Below are positions 1-12,363 of a stretch of 64,000 nucleotides of DNA, one piece after another. A program made the position numbers and the translations under genes. The notes beneath the pieces are model-generated. The model made no database searches. It had not been told where the DNA came from and saw only the letters and a program-made list of their open reading frames with translations. The stretch is from the NCBI GenBank assembly GCA_013239625.1, contig MU054391.1:5477824-5541823 (forward strand), read 5' to 3'. The stretch comes from Lama guanicoe. Taxonomy: Eukaryota. Every line of letters begins with the position of its first letter. The first letter of the stretch is position 1.

Positions 1-65
1 ACGAGCTGACGTTCTCCGAGGGGGATGTGATCATCGTGGATGGGGAGGAGGACCAGGAGTGGTGG
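1..65 (+). CDS. ASAP2: ASAP2 penultimate coding exon (5'-truncated by window), SH3 domain
   Basis: Frame from base 3 reads ELTFSEGDVIIVDGEEDQEWW (SH3 signature); donor GTGAGT at 66. Confidence 0.95.
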
Positions 66-1682
66 GTGAGTCGGGGCTTGGAGGTCTATGCCCAGATCCA
101 GCCCGCTCTGCCCGGACGGGCCTCAGGCGTCCTTTCCAGGTACCCCAGCTTCTGAGTGGGCCTGACTGAGCCCCTAGGTGGGATCCCCATCAGGGTGGGC
201 AGACCACATAGGCTGCAGTTTCCAGAGCGCACGTGAAGGTTTGCACGAAGCCTGGAGTTTCTCGGTGGCACTGTCCTCCGGCGTGGGCCAGTCTGGAGGA
301 GTGAGGCGGGTGGAAAGAGCTGACCTGGGGGCAGTCGCTGGATGTCAGGCTTGGTCCTGAGACATGCCGTGGCATCCAGGTGGGAGCTGGAGTGCGTGAG
401 CGTGGCACCTCCCCTGGTGACCCCGAGAGCCCAGACCCGGCCAAGGTCAGGCTGGGTGGCCTTGGCGAGTTGCTGACATGGCTAAGCCTTACCGCCTCAC
501 CCAAGAAAGGGAGGTCATGGCCTGTTGTAGCGGTGACCTGGAGGCCTGGGTGAGAGGCGGCCGTTATCAGGTGGGGCGATGATTCAGCAGCTCCCATGCG
601 TGTGCCTCCGGCAGTGTCTGCCACATGGGGGATGCTGATGACCCAGCTCTGGGGGTGGAGCTGAGGTAGCAGATGGTTCCCGGTTGTCAGCAGGACGCAG
701 ACAGGGCTGTTAGTGAGGAGTGTGAGGAGTGTTGGCCAGTACCCCTGGCAGAGGTCCCGCCTGTGGGAACTGTCGCCTGCAGGGCTTTTGTGAACGAACT
801 CGGCCTGGCACCAAAGCCTCTGCATTCAGGGTCTTCCTGTTGCCTCTCCCTGCTCGAGGGATTCAGGTGTCCGTCGGTGCAGAGTTCCCTCCTCCGCCGG
901 CCTTGCTCCTTCCAGCACCATCGGCGCTGCAGGCAGCACACAGCCCGGTTCCACCCCTGCCTGACTCCCGCCCTCCCCGCCTGCTGCCCGCACACCCCTG
1001 AGACCTGAGGCAGGTCTGGCTTCACACCTGTGTGTGATCCACCCAAGGATGGCCTCCAGCCTGACCACAGGTTTAACCATCTGGAAAATACAGAAAGCTA
1101 TAAAGAAAAAAGGAAATGCTGCCTGTAATCTCAAGGGTTCTCCTCCCCCCACACACAAAAACACTATTTAAGTTGTGGTGATTTTCTTTTAGCCTTTTAT
1201 TTGCCTACTTGATTGACACTGAGATCAGATTGATGTGTAGCTTTTATAATTTACCCAGCACAAAGGAAATAGATTTATTGAAGTCTTTCATAAATGCTTG
1301 ACTACATTTAAATAGGGCCAAATCATGTTTGTCACTAAGTGACTTTGCAGCTTACAAACTTCTGACACTCAGTTTCTTCATTAAAAAAAAAAAGTAGGGA
1401 CGGGCAGTGGTCAGCTCCTGTCTTGTCTGCCCCTCAAGACCGCCAGGACTGTCGTAGGTGCCCCATCCCCACACTGACTCCCCTCTAATACGTAGACCAC
1501 AGTGTTTGGTACACGAGTGAAAGAAAAGAGGAAGACAGTTTAGATGTTTTACCCAAATAATTCTTTCCAGAAGAGATTCTTACCAAGAGATCTGTTCTTT
1601 TTTTTCTCCAAATGCTATAGTACCCTTCAGAGTTTCCAACATTTGGAATTTTTATAACAACCTAAACTTTTATTCATTTCAG

Positions 1683-1757
1683 ATTGGCCACATTGATGGA
1701 GATCCCGGTCGCAAAGGAGCATTTCCCGTGTCATTTGTGCACTTTATTGCTGACTAA
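1683..1757 (+). CDS. ASAP2: ASAP2 last coding exon, end of SH3 domain
   Basis: Acceptor ttcatttcAG; IGHIDGDPGRKGAFPVSFVHFIAD*; phase 0 joins to preceding exon; synteny with ITGB1BP1. Confidence 0.95.
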   Translation: MGHIDGDPGRKGAFPVSFVHFIAD

Positions 1758-4150
1758 ATTGCTACTGAACAAAAACACTTCTTTTAAAAGTCCTGTTCTG
1801 TTTCGTTATTGGTACCAAAACTCTTGCCAGATAACCAGTTCCATGAATTGTACAGTAGCCCACTTTCTCTAATGCCACTGTTCTGTTTTAAAAACTCAAA
1901 GGCAATTTATATATATCAATGAATTGTTTTTATAATTTGTGTTTTTCATGAAACATTGCTATACTTTTATTAGGAAAAACTGAATTTCCTACAAGGTGAA
2001 CTGAAAAGTTGTTTTAACTACATAATCAAGATCCTTGAATCTACAGAATTAGCCGAACCTAAAAATGTTTTGAGTGTTGGGAAGAAATTTGCACTCTCCT
2101 TGGCCCATTCCTGAAGTCAGTGACCTTTAGCACAGTTACTCTTTAGAGGAAGCCTGTCGCTTTAGAAGTCCACAGCCAGCCTGGACTTTCTAGATAAAAT
2201 GCTTCGGTTCACCTTTAAAGACTTTTTCTAAAAAGATACCTTTCAAGATTTCTTTTGAAGAAATCCACCCAGTGTTTATTTAAAGCAACTTGGAAGTTCC
2301 TCCATAAGCATTGTACTTTCCAGCCCTAATGTGCGAGGTGGCAGCTTTCATTGTGTTCTGCATGTGTGTGACCGCCGTGAACAATCCTGCTCAGCCTGAC
2401 TACGGATGGTTTGTTACAGCCCATGTCATAGCAGTTAACTCAGCTCTAGATGATGGAACCAAACTTCCTGAATCTGGTGAAAAACTAAGGATGATGGATT
2501 GCAAAACAGTCCTTTAACCTAGTTGATATGCTTTAGGTGTTTTGGAATTTGCCTTCTTGATCTTCCCCTGTCACACAGAGTACCGTGGCGCAGACCCCCG
2601 CCCCACCTCACCCCGTATTACCACATACTTGCTGTTTCCTACTGAGTGTACCACTGCCTTCCCTTTCTAGCTCAAGAGAATGTTTACTCAATTTAGTGTC
2701 TTGTATTTATATAATATACCAACAGGAATGGTAGTTACACTGTCTTGAAATTTAATCTGTCCATTTGTTTGTAATCAAGAGCACATCAGAAATCTGTAGG
2801 TCCCAGGTAATAAAATACTCCCAGACGTCCCAGTTTAACTATTGAAGTCCGTCATACCATTCTGAACTGAAGCTACTGGGGGTGGGGGGATTAGGTTGTA
2901 TATGCTAAAATCAAAATTCATTAGTTTAATGAACTTGACTATCATACCTGTTTAGTAATTGTGAGCATAAGGTTCGTAGTAGGAATATCGGCAGTTTTGG
3001 CACTCTGAGAATAAGTAGACATGTAACGCCTACTTAGGTTTTTACCAAAAGAAAAAGAGTAAATTTAAGAGGCTTGGAAAGCAAGGCAACGATGCTTTTA
3101 TTGTATTTGTTACGATGGTACCTTTGATTGAAGCAGCCCGTCTTTATTACGCAAGACTCTTGCAAGTGTAGAGCTTTTTTTTTTAAATTTTGCATTGTAT
3201 TTTTTATTATTATTATTATAAAGGAAGACAACAAACTGGAATGTTTTATGATGTCGTATGGCAACTGCGTTTTTTGCCTTTCAAAGTTTCGGGTAAAAAT
3301 CTGTTAGATCTGTAATTAAAGTCTTTTTTAAAAGCACTACATCTGTTTTCACTAATTGTTAATTTCTGTTTTGAACCTTTCATTTAGTTAATTCTCTCAT
3401 AGATTTAAGAAAGTAAACAGATGTATTTTGCACAGTGCACTTCATATGTGTATTTTAACACAGTCCTCCACTCTGTACCTTACAATCAGCCTTTGGACTA
3501 CTTGGTGCCAGCTTAAATAAGGAATTAAAGTTGATTTATTTCAACATTTGAACACCAGTCCCAAATGAATCTGTCAGGTTCACTGGTACATAAATATCTC
3601 GGAAATACTTTTCCAGTCTACAGTTTGGTGGTGCTATTGTGCAGTAATTAATATTACTCTTGCCAGAGGAGAAATTATATTAACTTCCCTGCTAATATCC
3701 TTTCTTAGTTATTTGCTCTTTGCAAATTCAACGAAAAGCAACTGAGAGGAAGGAAAACATTGTAGATACCTATTTATATTTAAAGTTATGTTTCACGGAC
3801 TTAGCTGCAGGATGCCGGCACTGTGTGTGCCATGTTCCATCAGTTCTGACTTCAAGGGATGGCGACTCAGAAATGTGTCCACAGACTAACAGTTACTGTG
3901 TGACGCTGAGGGGTGGATAACACAACATGCAGCTTGGAGTGATGCTAGTCGAGATGTATGATATTCAGTTCATTCACCTGATCACTGGCCTAGCTGCAGC
4001 GCAACTGTATATATTGTGTAACCTGATCCATTCTTACTGTCATTGTCCTGATGCAGTGACTTATAATTCGAGCATGTTGAATACATTTACCCTTCTTGTT
4101 AACTAGTCATTTGACTAGAAAAAATAAAATACTTTTAAATGGATGTAGTG
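1758..4150 (+). other. ASAP2: ASAP2 3'UTR (approximate end)
   Basis: About 2.4 kb AU-rich, repeat-poor stretch after the stop; AATAAA at 4123-4128 followed by GT-rich downstream element (gtagtgtttggtgttttt). Confidence 0.7.
4123..4128 (+). terminator. ASAP2 polyadenylation signal AATAAA
   Basis: Canonical hexamer with GU/U-rich element about 20-35 nt downstream. Confidence 0.7.
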
Positions 4151-4236
4151 TTTGGTGTTTTTAATCTTTCGTAAAGCACTGGATATAAAAACAGTCCTTT
4201 AAAAAAATACACTGGCCTTCTGTACATGAGAATCTT

Positions 4237-4489
4237 TAAATACTGTGACTTTTTTTTTAAATGGGAAAAGGCTAAACTTTATTCTTATAAACTTAAAACA
4301 TAAAAATAGAATATACTATAATAGAAAAGAAAAAATCTGACTCCATATAAGGTCTAAATACTGTGACTTTTTTTTTAAATGGGAAAAGGCTAAACTTTAT
4401 TCTTATAAACTTAAAACATAAAAATAGAATATACTATAATAGAAAAGAAAAAATCTGACTCCATATAAGGTCTAAATACTGTGACTTTT
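4237..4489 (-). repeat. 118-bp exact tandem duplication of a TSD-flanked polyadenylated retro-insert
   Basis: Units 4237-4354 and 4355-4472 identical; 17-bp TAAATACTGTGACTTTT at 4237, 4355, 4473; minus-strand AATAAA 19 nt before an A9 tail. Confidence 0.9.
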
Positions 4490-4862
4490 AACATAAGCAG
4501 TAATCTTTTAAGGTTTTCTTAACTCCTGAGAGAATTACTGTGGTTTACTAGCATGTTATCTTGATGATACACTTTCATATTTTACTTTTTATGTCTTGAG
4601 TTGGCAGTAACAGTTTCAGAACAGCATGACCCAGGTCCCCAGGCCAGACCTCTGCCTGACCAGAGCTCCGAGCCAGTGAGACCACGTCGCCAGCGAGTTC
4701 TGCAGTACAGACTGCCCTGGTCTTCCTCAGAAAGTTCTTAATGTGCATTACTCCCTAAGTGCACCGTTAAGCTTATTTGTGCTTAAAAGTGACAAATGAC
4801 ATTTCTTTTTTTTTTCAGTCCCAGTAGGTAGATAACATCGAAGAGTTAACTGTTAGACACAT

Positions 4863-4868
4863 TTTAAT
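4863..4868 (-). terminator. Candidate ITGB1BP1 poly(A) signal ATTAAA
   Basis: TTTAAT on +, about 170 nt past the ITGB1BP1 stop. Confidence 0.45.
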
Positions 4869-5034
4869 AGAAAAACAAATGACTGATATTTTATACATTG
4901 CATTTTCTTCAGAAAACCTAGAGCAGAGGATCACTCATATTCCTTTAGTAGTTCAACACTGCAGACTGAAAACAGGACTATTTAGAAAACAGCTGAACTT
5001 TCGCATGAAGTCAGCTTCCCCTTGATTGCAGGTT

Positions 5035-5106
5035 TCACGGTTTCTCAGATGTCAGTACAGAGTCAAAAGCAGTGGATAAAACTTTGCAGATTGCTTGTGC
5101 TTGTTC
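5035..5106 (-). CDS. ITGB1BP1: ITGB1BP1 last coding exon
   Basis: [26 protein letters not shown] at 5035-5037. Confidence 0.95.
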   Translation of the reverse strand, partial: EQAQAICKVLSTAFDSVLTSEKP

Positions 5107-8100
5107 CTACGTTAAGTGGAAAGATAAAGTAAGAGAGTTCATCAGTCTCTTCCTGAACTAAATTTGATCCTCCCAACACCTCCCCTAAACCTACTCTTCA
5201 CCGGTTTTGGAAAGTCCAGGACAAGCCTGCCCAGGCCCCGTGTTCCTTCAGAGAACTGCACATGGTAACAGGGGACCCGCAGCCTTTGGGAGGGACCATC
5301 ACGAGTCAGAACAACAAGGTACAGAAGATCAGGGCTCTGCCCGTGGAGGACACACCGCTTTCCCTCTGAACCGTGAGCTGCCCCTGGCCTAACAGACGGC
5401 TCACAGCCCGCAGCGGGTCTGGGCAGCTGGCGGGCCCGGGGCCCGATACGCTCATTCTTTATGTCCTGTCAGGGATCAGGTGCATGGCAGAGAGCAGCTC
5501 TTTAGCCTTTCAGAAGACTAAATGGTCTCTGGTTTTGCCGATCTGTTTGATGAGTAACTAACGAAGGTAACTGAAAGCCTCACCAGGCTGCTGCACTGAT
5601 AAACCCACAGGCTGTATTCCTCGTTGCTTGCATCTGTGGTCTTCAGAGCCAGTAAGCTTTTTCCTGCCCCCAGACCGTCGTCGTAACACACCATCCGGAT
5701 GATTAAATACAGAGCATGCCTGTGCAAGACGTCCTGCAAAAGTCAGGGCGAAGAGAGATCTCACTCCTTCCGTGTTTCTCCAACCCTCTAACGGAGCACA
5801 TTTTCCAGTGCAGAGTCTATCATGAGGCTTTAGACAGAGCATGTCCGTCCCTGGGTCTGGCAGAAAGTCGTTTTACAGGTTTTTTCACCCAAAGGGACGT
5901 TCCGGTATGCTCAGTTAAGGGGCAATTTGCCTTTAGGATCATACCATCCTACTTAAGTTCTAGAAAGACGGAATGAGGTGATCTAGCCCAGAGTCCTGTT
6001 CTCTGTGGCAGCTTCCAAGCTGCCAACTACCCCGAATTGGCCCAGGGTCCTACTGAAATGCGCTACAGGCCAGCAATGGGGGTGTTGGCTTGGGCCCTAC
6101 ACACTGAAGCAAAAGCTCTTACTCATTTACCCTAGAAAACTGGTCACTTAAGACCAGCTGCCAGCAATGTTTACAAACCACTCTGCCAACAGGAGCAGAC
6201 CTAACCACAGGAGGGGCCTCCCTGGCCTGACATCCCCAATGCCTAAAAACACATTTTTTCCCCCTTTAATTAAATTACTTACATACTGATCTGATGTGGA
6301 TACTTTTATACCATACTTGGAAACTCCCATAATAAATTCTTCCTCCAGAGGAACAAAAGGCAACTTTCCATCTTGCTTCAAAGTAAAAATAAATTACATG
6401 ATACATGTTAAAAATTATATTCTTAATTCTGATTAGTCAATTTAGTATCTGGCCATTGGAAGCCCAAACCCTTTAAAGAATGTGAGGCCTACATACAACA
6501 GCCCAGCAGGAATTTCTCTCCAAAGAGGCAGAAGAAATCTCCCCCCACCCCTTTTTTATAGTCCACAGATTTGACCAAAACTCAGGTGCATGCAGTCCGC
6601 GTGTATTGCTCTAGGCCTTTGTCTTGGTGTTAACTCTAGTTACAAACATACTTTTCACAGATCCTAGCCAGGCTGAAATATGTACATTAGTTTATACTAA
6701 TGTCAGCACATTAAAGGATCAGGAAACACACCGCAGGAACCATTTCTCTCAGCCACTTTATACCTCACTCAGGTGTTGGCTGTCTGGTTATCCCAGTGCC
6801 CCAGGGCTTCAGGCAAGTAAACACTGATGGATGGTTACTCAGCTCTCAAAAATCAGCATTTCAAGCTATTCAGAAACAAGGCCTAACTTGTCTTCTCTAA
6901 AATAAGTAAGATATTACTGGCAATCAGTAGAAGTTCCATTTGGTAAGTATTTTTGTGGAACCATTTGCCTACACCAAAGAAATTCCGGTAAATGAGCTGC
7001 ATGCGCCTACCTTAATTCTTGGGTCCTCATGTGCAAGAGTAGCCTCTTGCCAATCAATTCTCACAGCAGGTTAAAGCAATTCCCAGAATCAGAAGATGGG
7101 ACAATAGCAATGCTACAGTCAATAATGGGGTTTTGACAAGACCCGTTTCCACGGCGACGTGAGAAACTGAGCAGTCCTTAGCAGGATGGAAATAATCCTG
7201 ACGCACCTCGCGGGGGAGCATCATCAGCCACCTTTCAGTACAGTACTTAGGTTAGTTGTTGCCTGCACATTGTGGGAATGCCTTAATACTCCGAACTGAA
7301 CCCTGGGATGATAATGGCGTTAGTCCAGACTACCAAGCGTTCTCCGTTAAATGGCAGATTAGACTGGCTGACTTCCCCTCACATGCAGGAGACTTCCTTC
7401 ACGGTCACGAGGACATGAAACAGTTTATTTAATGATCCCACATCCGTGGTTTAAGAGACTATATATTCTTAAGAGTAACCAACACTGTGTAAGGGAATCT
7501 TTCCATGGCGGTAATTTCCCTTCGTTAACGAACACAAAGACAGGCAAGTCCATTTTCTAGAAACCTGAGAAACAATTTACTAACTGTTGATAGTGTTATA
7601 TCTTCTGGCTCATCCACTTCCAACACTGGTGAGGGTACACCGCTTACCATGTTTTATGCATAAACCCTCTACCTTTGATTTGTCTTAATTTTCCTTCATG
7701 ATGGTTTATCTTCTTGACTAGGATATGTTTTTGAAACCCACCTCACCTCAATTCTCGTTGGAAACAGGATATGAATAAATAGATACAGTACGCCAACACC
7801 ACTCTGAGTTAGGTTATTCATCCAAAGAGTGGAAACTAGTTCAACGGAGATACAGTAAGACTTGCCAGACTGTTTTAAAGACAGACTAGCTGTGTACCTG
7901 GGCCCCGCCCTCAGCTCCCCCATTTAAACGAAGAGGTCAGTCAGCCCTAGAAAAAGTTAGCAGTGCTGTGTGACGGAAGACCTGTGTCTCTGTTCTTCTG
8001 TGACTCTGTCTCCAAGACACCTTGTGCCTCCTCTGACCACAGCGCTCGGTGAGATTTTAACAGCAGTAAGAGCTCGGCTTCAGGAGAAGACAGCGAAAAG

Positions 8101-11100
8101 ACCTGAAGAGCAGCATCTCCCTCCAAAGCCACGAGTGCACGCCAGAATCTTTTAAAATTGAACTTTTTTTTTTTTACCTGAGCAACATCTATGTAATTTA
8201 TCAGGTCTAGTGGCCCTTCGAGACTTTTTCCCTCAGAGAGTTTCAGTTTCTCGATGGCACCAACATATTTTATTCGAAATTCTGCACAGGTGTCTGAATT
8301 ATTGTTGCTTTGCCCTAGAGGTGGAAGAAAAACAGCAGAGTAAGACTTCAAAAGAAACAGCTGCATTGTGGGGTGTCCTCAACCCCTTCCCAACAGGAAG
8401 CAGACCGCGTCATCAGAGCTTAAGCTTTAATAAAAATAAAAAATTTGAAAATGCAAACTTTCTGATGTAATGAGAGAGAACTTAAAATTTCACTAAACTT
8501 TTCCTCAGTGATTCACAATATGCTAATGTATAAAAACCTCAGTAGAAGTAAATGAAGTATTAACAGCCTTCATTTCAAAACAAAGAAGAAAAATAAAACG
8601 TCAAAGAGATAATAACCCTTATAAGTGCATATGACATTTAATTATTTTTGTTTCTTTTCCCTCTTTATCATGTGAACTTTTAACTCTTTCCTGATTCAGG
8701 AAACCTGATATACCTCCCCCATTCAGTCAGAAAAGACCAGACTTTTATTTTTTTTCTTTTAACGTAGATGGAATAATGCCAGACAGGAAGTTCCTTACAT
8801 AATGGATGGTAACAAGTGGAGAACTATGTACGCCATAAATTCCAGACAGCTTTACAATATCTATCATCGGTAGTAAGGAAATACTGCATGGTTACTGCTA
8901 GATTATGTTCACATACTAAAAAGATGCCCACATTTTTAATACTTTAAAGGTATCCGGAAGTACAGATAATAGACCTTATACCTTATGCTGCTAAATTCCC
9001 TTTTGCATCATATGCTTTTCTCTCCTGCTCGCTCCCACCACTTTTATAGACCGAGTAGTCTATGATCCCAAAAGGAAAAGTGCAAGGATTGTATACAAGA
9101 AAATGAATGCAGTAGGTTTCCAACTAGATGTCAGCTAACAGGTGGGTCAGGAGCCACCTTCTGACTTCAGAAGGGCTGCTCACTTCAAGTGGCTGCATAA
9201 TTGTTTCCGAGGGTCTGTGACAGATGCTCCCCTTCACTGTGTGCTCCTGACATTAACGAGCCGGCAGATCTCTGAGCAGAGGGCTCCTTGATCTCTGTAA
9301 TCAGCAAGACACTGTCCCACACCCCACAAACAATATTCATTCCAGTATAATTCACACTCTGCCAGTCCATTTCTGACAAAGCCATTTTGACACTCCTAAA
9401 TTTCCACACACTTTTGCTCTAGGACCATTAAGAGCAGTTTGCTGCAAGGCCACGGTTTTCACCAATCCTTCCGCACTCCCAACCCCCGTCCCACCAGATC
9501 GTGGCCATTTCTAATCTCTTGCAAAAACGGCACAGCTAAGAAAGAAAACCCCCAATACGCAAGAAGCCCTTGTGCTGCCCTGGTAAATTGTAAGAACATC
9601 AGTTAACAAGACCATAAATGATCTAAGCAGTCTCCATACCTGAACTCTTGGTAGAATCCGTATCGAGGCTTGCAACGGTGCTGGACCGTGAAAGGCCCCC
9701 AAGGCTGGAATCTACAGACTGAGAAATAACAAACAAACATAACATTAAAAAAATTTTTTTATTTAAGTATAGTCAGTTACAATGTGTCGACTTCTGGTGT
9801 ACAGCACAATGCCCCAGACACACATGTATACACGTACATTCGTACATTCGTTTTCATATTCTTTTTCATTAAAAGTTACTACAAGATATTGACTATAGTT
9901 CCCTGTGCTATACGGAAGAAACTTGTTTTTTTTAATCTATTTTTATATATAGTGGTTAACATCTGCAAATCTCCAAACTGCCAAATTTAAAACATAACGT
10001 TTTTAAACGTAATTAGAAGCACTATCTTCTTTACCATTCAAATTACTCATTTCTTACAGCTGAATCAACACATATAAAGTCAGGTCAGTTATTCAAGCAG
10101 ATAGACCGTCACGGATTTTTCTAAAGACAAATTCCATAGCAAACTTCAAAAAAAAAAAAAAAAGAATCCCAGCTGCTTTTCACAGCACTGTATTAGATAC
10201 AGGCAGAGTCAGCGCTCCGAGTCTAAATCGAAGCCACTACCTCTATCTCCTTATAAGGTACCTGTTATTTATACCGTATGTGAAAATCTACACCTTGCTT
10301 TCATGTTATCTGCACAGAACCCAACACAAACCCTATGCAGAAAGTGGGCAGAGAGGATTACCCTGTTTAGTGAATGAGCAAAGAGTCGCAGTCAGGCGAG
10401 GTGACTGACCCAAGGTTACATCTAGGAAACAGCCCAGATCTCAAGCTGAGGTCCCCGAATTCCCACCCAGAACCCCTGCAATGACTTCAGTGACTACCTG
10501 GCCCACAACAGGTAACACAGGCCGAGGGCGGGCCAGAGTGCAACTGTCAGTGTGAATTACAAAGGAAAACTAACAAAACTGTCGAGCAAAATTCAAAGAA
10601 TCACACGTTAGTGAAGTCTGTTCTACAGCATCACACTCTCAATGTGCTTAATTTTCTAGAAATAACACTGGAAACTTTTGATTAAAAAAGTTAGTCACTC
10701 ATTTACACTTCAAATCAAAATTAAATTTTAAAAGTACACTAAAATTTTTTAAACATTTAAGAATGTGAATCAAGGTGAATGTAAAAATGAATCAAGTCTT
10801 AAATATTACTTCTTTCCTTTTTTAATAATTGCACGTCTCGGAATCTAATCTAAAATAACAGCAGAGCTGTACACACAGAGATGTTCAGCATCATGTCTGT
10901 ATGGTACTGAGAAATTGGAATAGACCTAAATATTCAACGGGTGAGAGAAAGGGAGCTGGAATTAAGAAGCTGTTACAAATTCAGGCTGGCTTCTGGGAAG
11001 CGAGTAACAGAGTGAGCTTTTGTGCTTCAAACTACCCCCTGCAGAGGAAAACGCCAGAACCCAGTGACCGTCTGAACAAGGAAAGCAGGAAGGGAGAGAC

Positions 11101-12363
11101 TGGCCTATTTTCCCCGGGTTCAGAATTACAACAGCAAAACCTTACGTCATCCTAGAACACAGACCTAACAGTCACAGCTCTGCTGAGAAGCCCCTCAGGG
11201 CTCACCATCACCTTCGGGGTAAGACATGTGGCCCCTCCTGCCACACTCCAGCCCCGCCCCGCACCTGCCTGAGTCAGCAAGGTCCTTCAGGAATCAGAAC
11301 ACGGGCTCTGATCCTGCTCTGTGAGCAGCAAGTCAATAAATCTCCCTTTATCCATTTTTTGATCTAGAAAACAGGAAGCTGGGCCTGGCCACTGATTCCC
11401 TGGCTGAGGTCCTTACGCTTTAGGTAACTCCCTGACTAGCTTCAGGAGTTCAAAAACCTTAAAGAAGACTGTCCATTTCCCCATTCCAAGCCTGCACAGG
11501 ATTCCTCCACTGTCAGGTTTCTGTGCTTTTGGCTTGGTGCTGACAGCTCAGTGACCACATGCTGCTCTTGCTGGAAGTCCCAAGTGGCAGTCTTGTGCCC
11601 TTCCTGCACTGAGTGGGGCCATCACCACTCAGTGTGCTACCCCTGGGCCGGGGAGAGGGTCCCTGGAGGGCGGCACCCCCTCCGTGCACCGGGCCATGGG
11701 CCCTCCTCCTGCCTCACCAAGTCCTGGCACTGAGCACACACGTCTTTCAAAAGTGAGAGCTCACAAGGGTGCAGGATGATAAAAAGGCTTTTATAGTAAA
11801 GATGTGGGCACCAGGAGGCTCAGTCCAGTGGACCAGGACTCAGGACTCTGAGGGCCCCATACACTCAAACACTAGGCTTCCACTACACTAGGCTTCCAAT
11901 TACAGCATTGCCTCACTAGCCAACTGACTCCATTTCATAAACTGAACTATAGTTACGCACACACGCATCATGACCCGAGAAGTCAAGAGATCCAGCTCCT
12001 TAACTGCCTGCAATTTCTATCAAGTACAAAATTTTTAAAAATCAGTTTTTCAGTGAGACCATTCAAAGGGCCTGTCCCACCTAGGTTGGCGGATTTAAGA
12101 ATTTAAGAAAATCTACCAAAACAAATTAAATCAAGCGCAGAATGTGTCTCGAGTGCAAGAAAACGAATGTTAAGAACATCCGGTTTGAAGACTACCAGCA
12201 GGCCTGCCGTGCGTAGTCCCCCTTCTGCGGTGTCAGAAAGAACAGAATTCCCGCCACTCTGTGGTTCTGTCCCCGAGTCCCCTGCCCCTACCTTGCTCTT
12301 AGTACTGATCTCACTACTCTGGGAGCTGCTGCTGCTGTGGCGCTTTTTGCCTTTCCGGAACAT
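5035..12363 (-). CDS. ITGB1BP1: Integrin beta-1-binding protein 1 (ICAP-1 alpha), 200 aa, PTB domain; whole CDS span
   Basis: join(complement): 12292-12363, 9640-9718, 8178-8314, 6283-6375, 5584-5733, 5035-5106 = 603 nt; [24 protein letters not shown]...[10 protein letters not shown]; all introns GT-AG. Confidence 0.97.
5584..5733 (-). CDS. ITGB1BP1: ITGB1BP1 coding exon 5 (150 nt; matches the 50-aa segment absent from ICAP-1 beta)
   Basis: [50 protein letters not shown]; phase 0/0. Confidence 0.95.
6283..6375 (-). CDS. ITGB1BP1: ITGB1BP1 coding exon 4
   Basis: [33 protein letters not shown] and GTAAGT flanks. Confidence 0.95.
8178..8314 (-). CDS. ITGB1BP1: ITGB1BP1 coding exon 3
   Basis: (G)[45 protein letters not shown]. 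Confidence 0.95.
9640..9718 (-). CDS. ITGB1BP1: ITGB1BP1 coding exon 2
   Basis: [26 protein letters not shown](G); tctcAG and GTATGG flanks; not in the ORF track. Confidence 0.95.
9747..9989 (-). mobile_element. 5'-truncated young L1 3' tail
   Basis: Reverse complement ends ...GCTGTACACCAGAAGTCGACACATTGTAACTGACTATACTTAAATAAAAAAA; near-TSD AAACATAAC(A/G)TT at 9735 and 9990; similar to copies at 13010, 22170, 22957, 38273. Confidence 0.85.
10300..10450. mobile_element. MIR SINE fragment
   Basis: MIR core-like gaggtgactgacccaaggttacatct. Confidence 0.45.
12292..12363 (-). CDS. ITGB1BP1: ITGB1BP1 first coding exon (exon spans 12292-12395)
   Basis: [24 protein letters not shown] including the KKRH NLS; donor GTAGGG; acceptor tttccAG at 12396-12397. 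Confidence 0.95.

Noticed and set aside
86..1164. Several overlapping ORFs up to 211 aa
   Set aside because: GC-rich last intron of ASAP2; low-complexity translations with no domain; stop depletion is explained by composition
4237..4489. Repeat-spacer-repeat pattern resembling a CRISPR array (also 38256-38532)
   Set aside because: The 'spacers' are identical, the context is mammalian, and there are no cas genes; explained by TSD plus duplication
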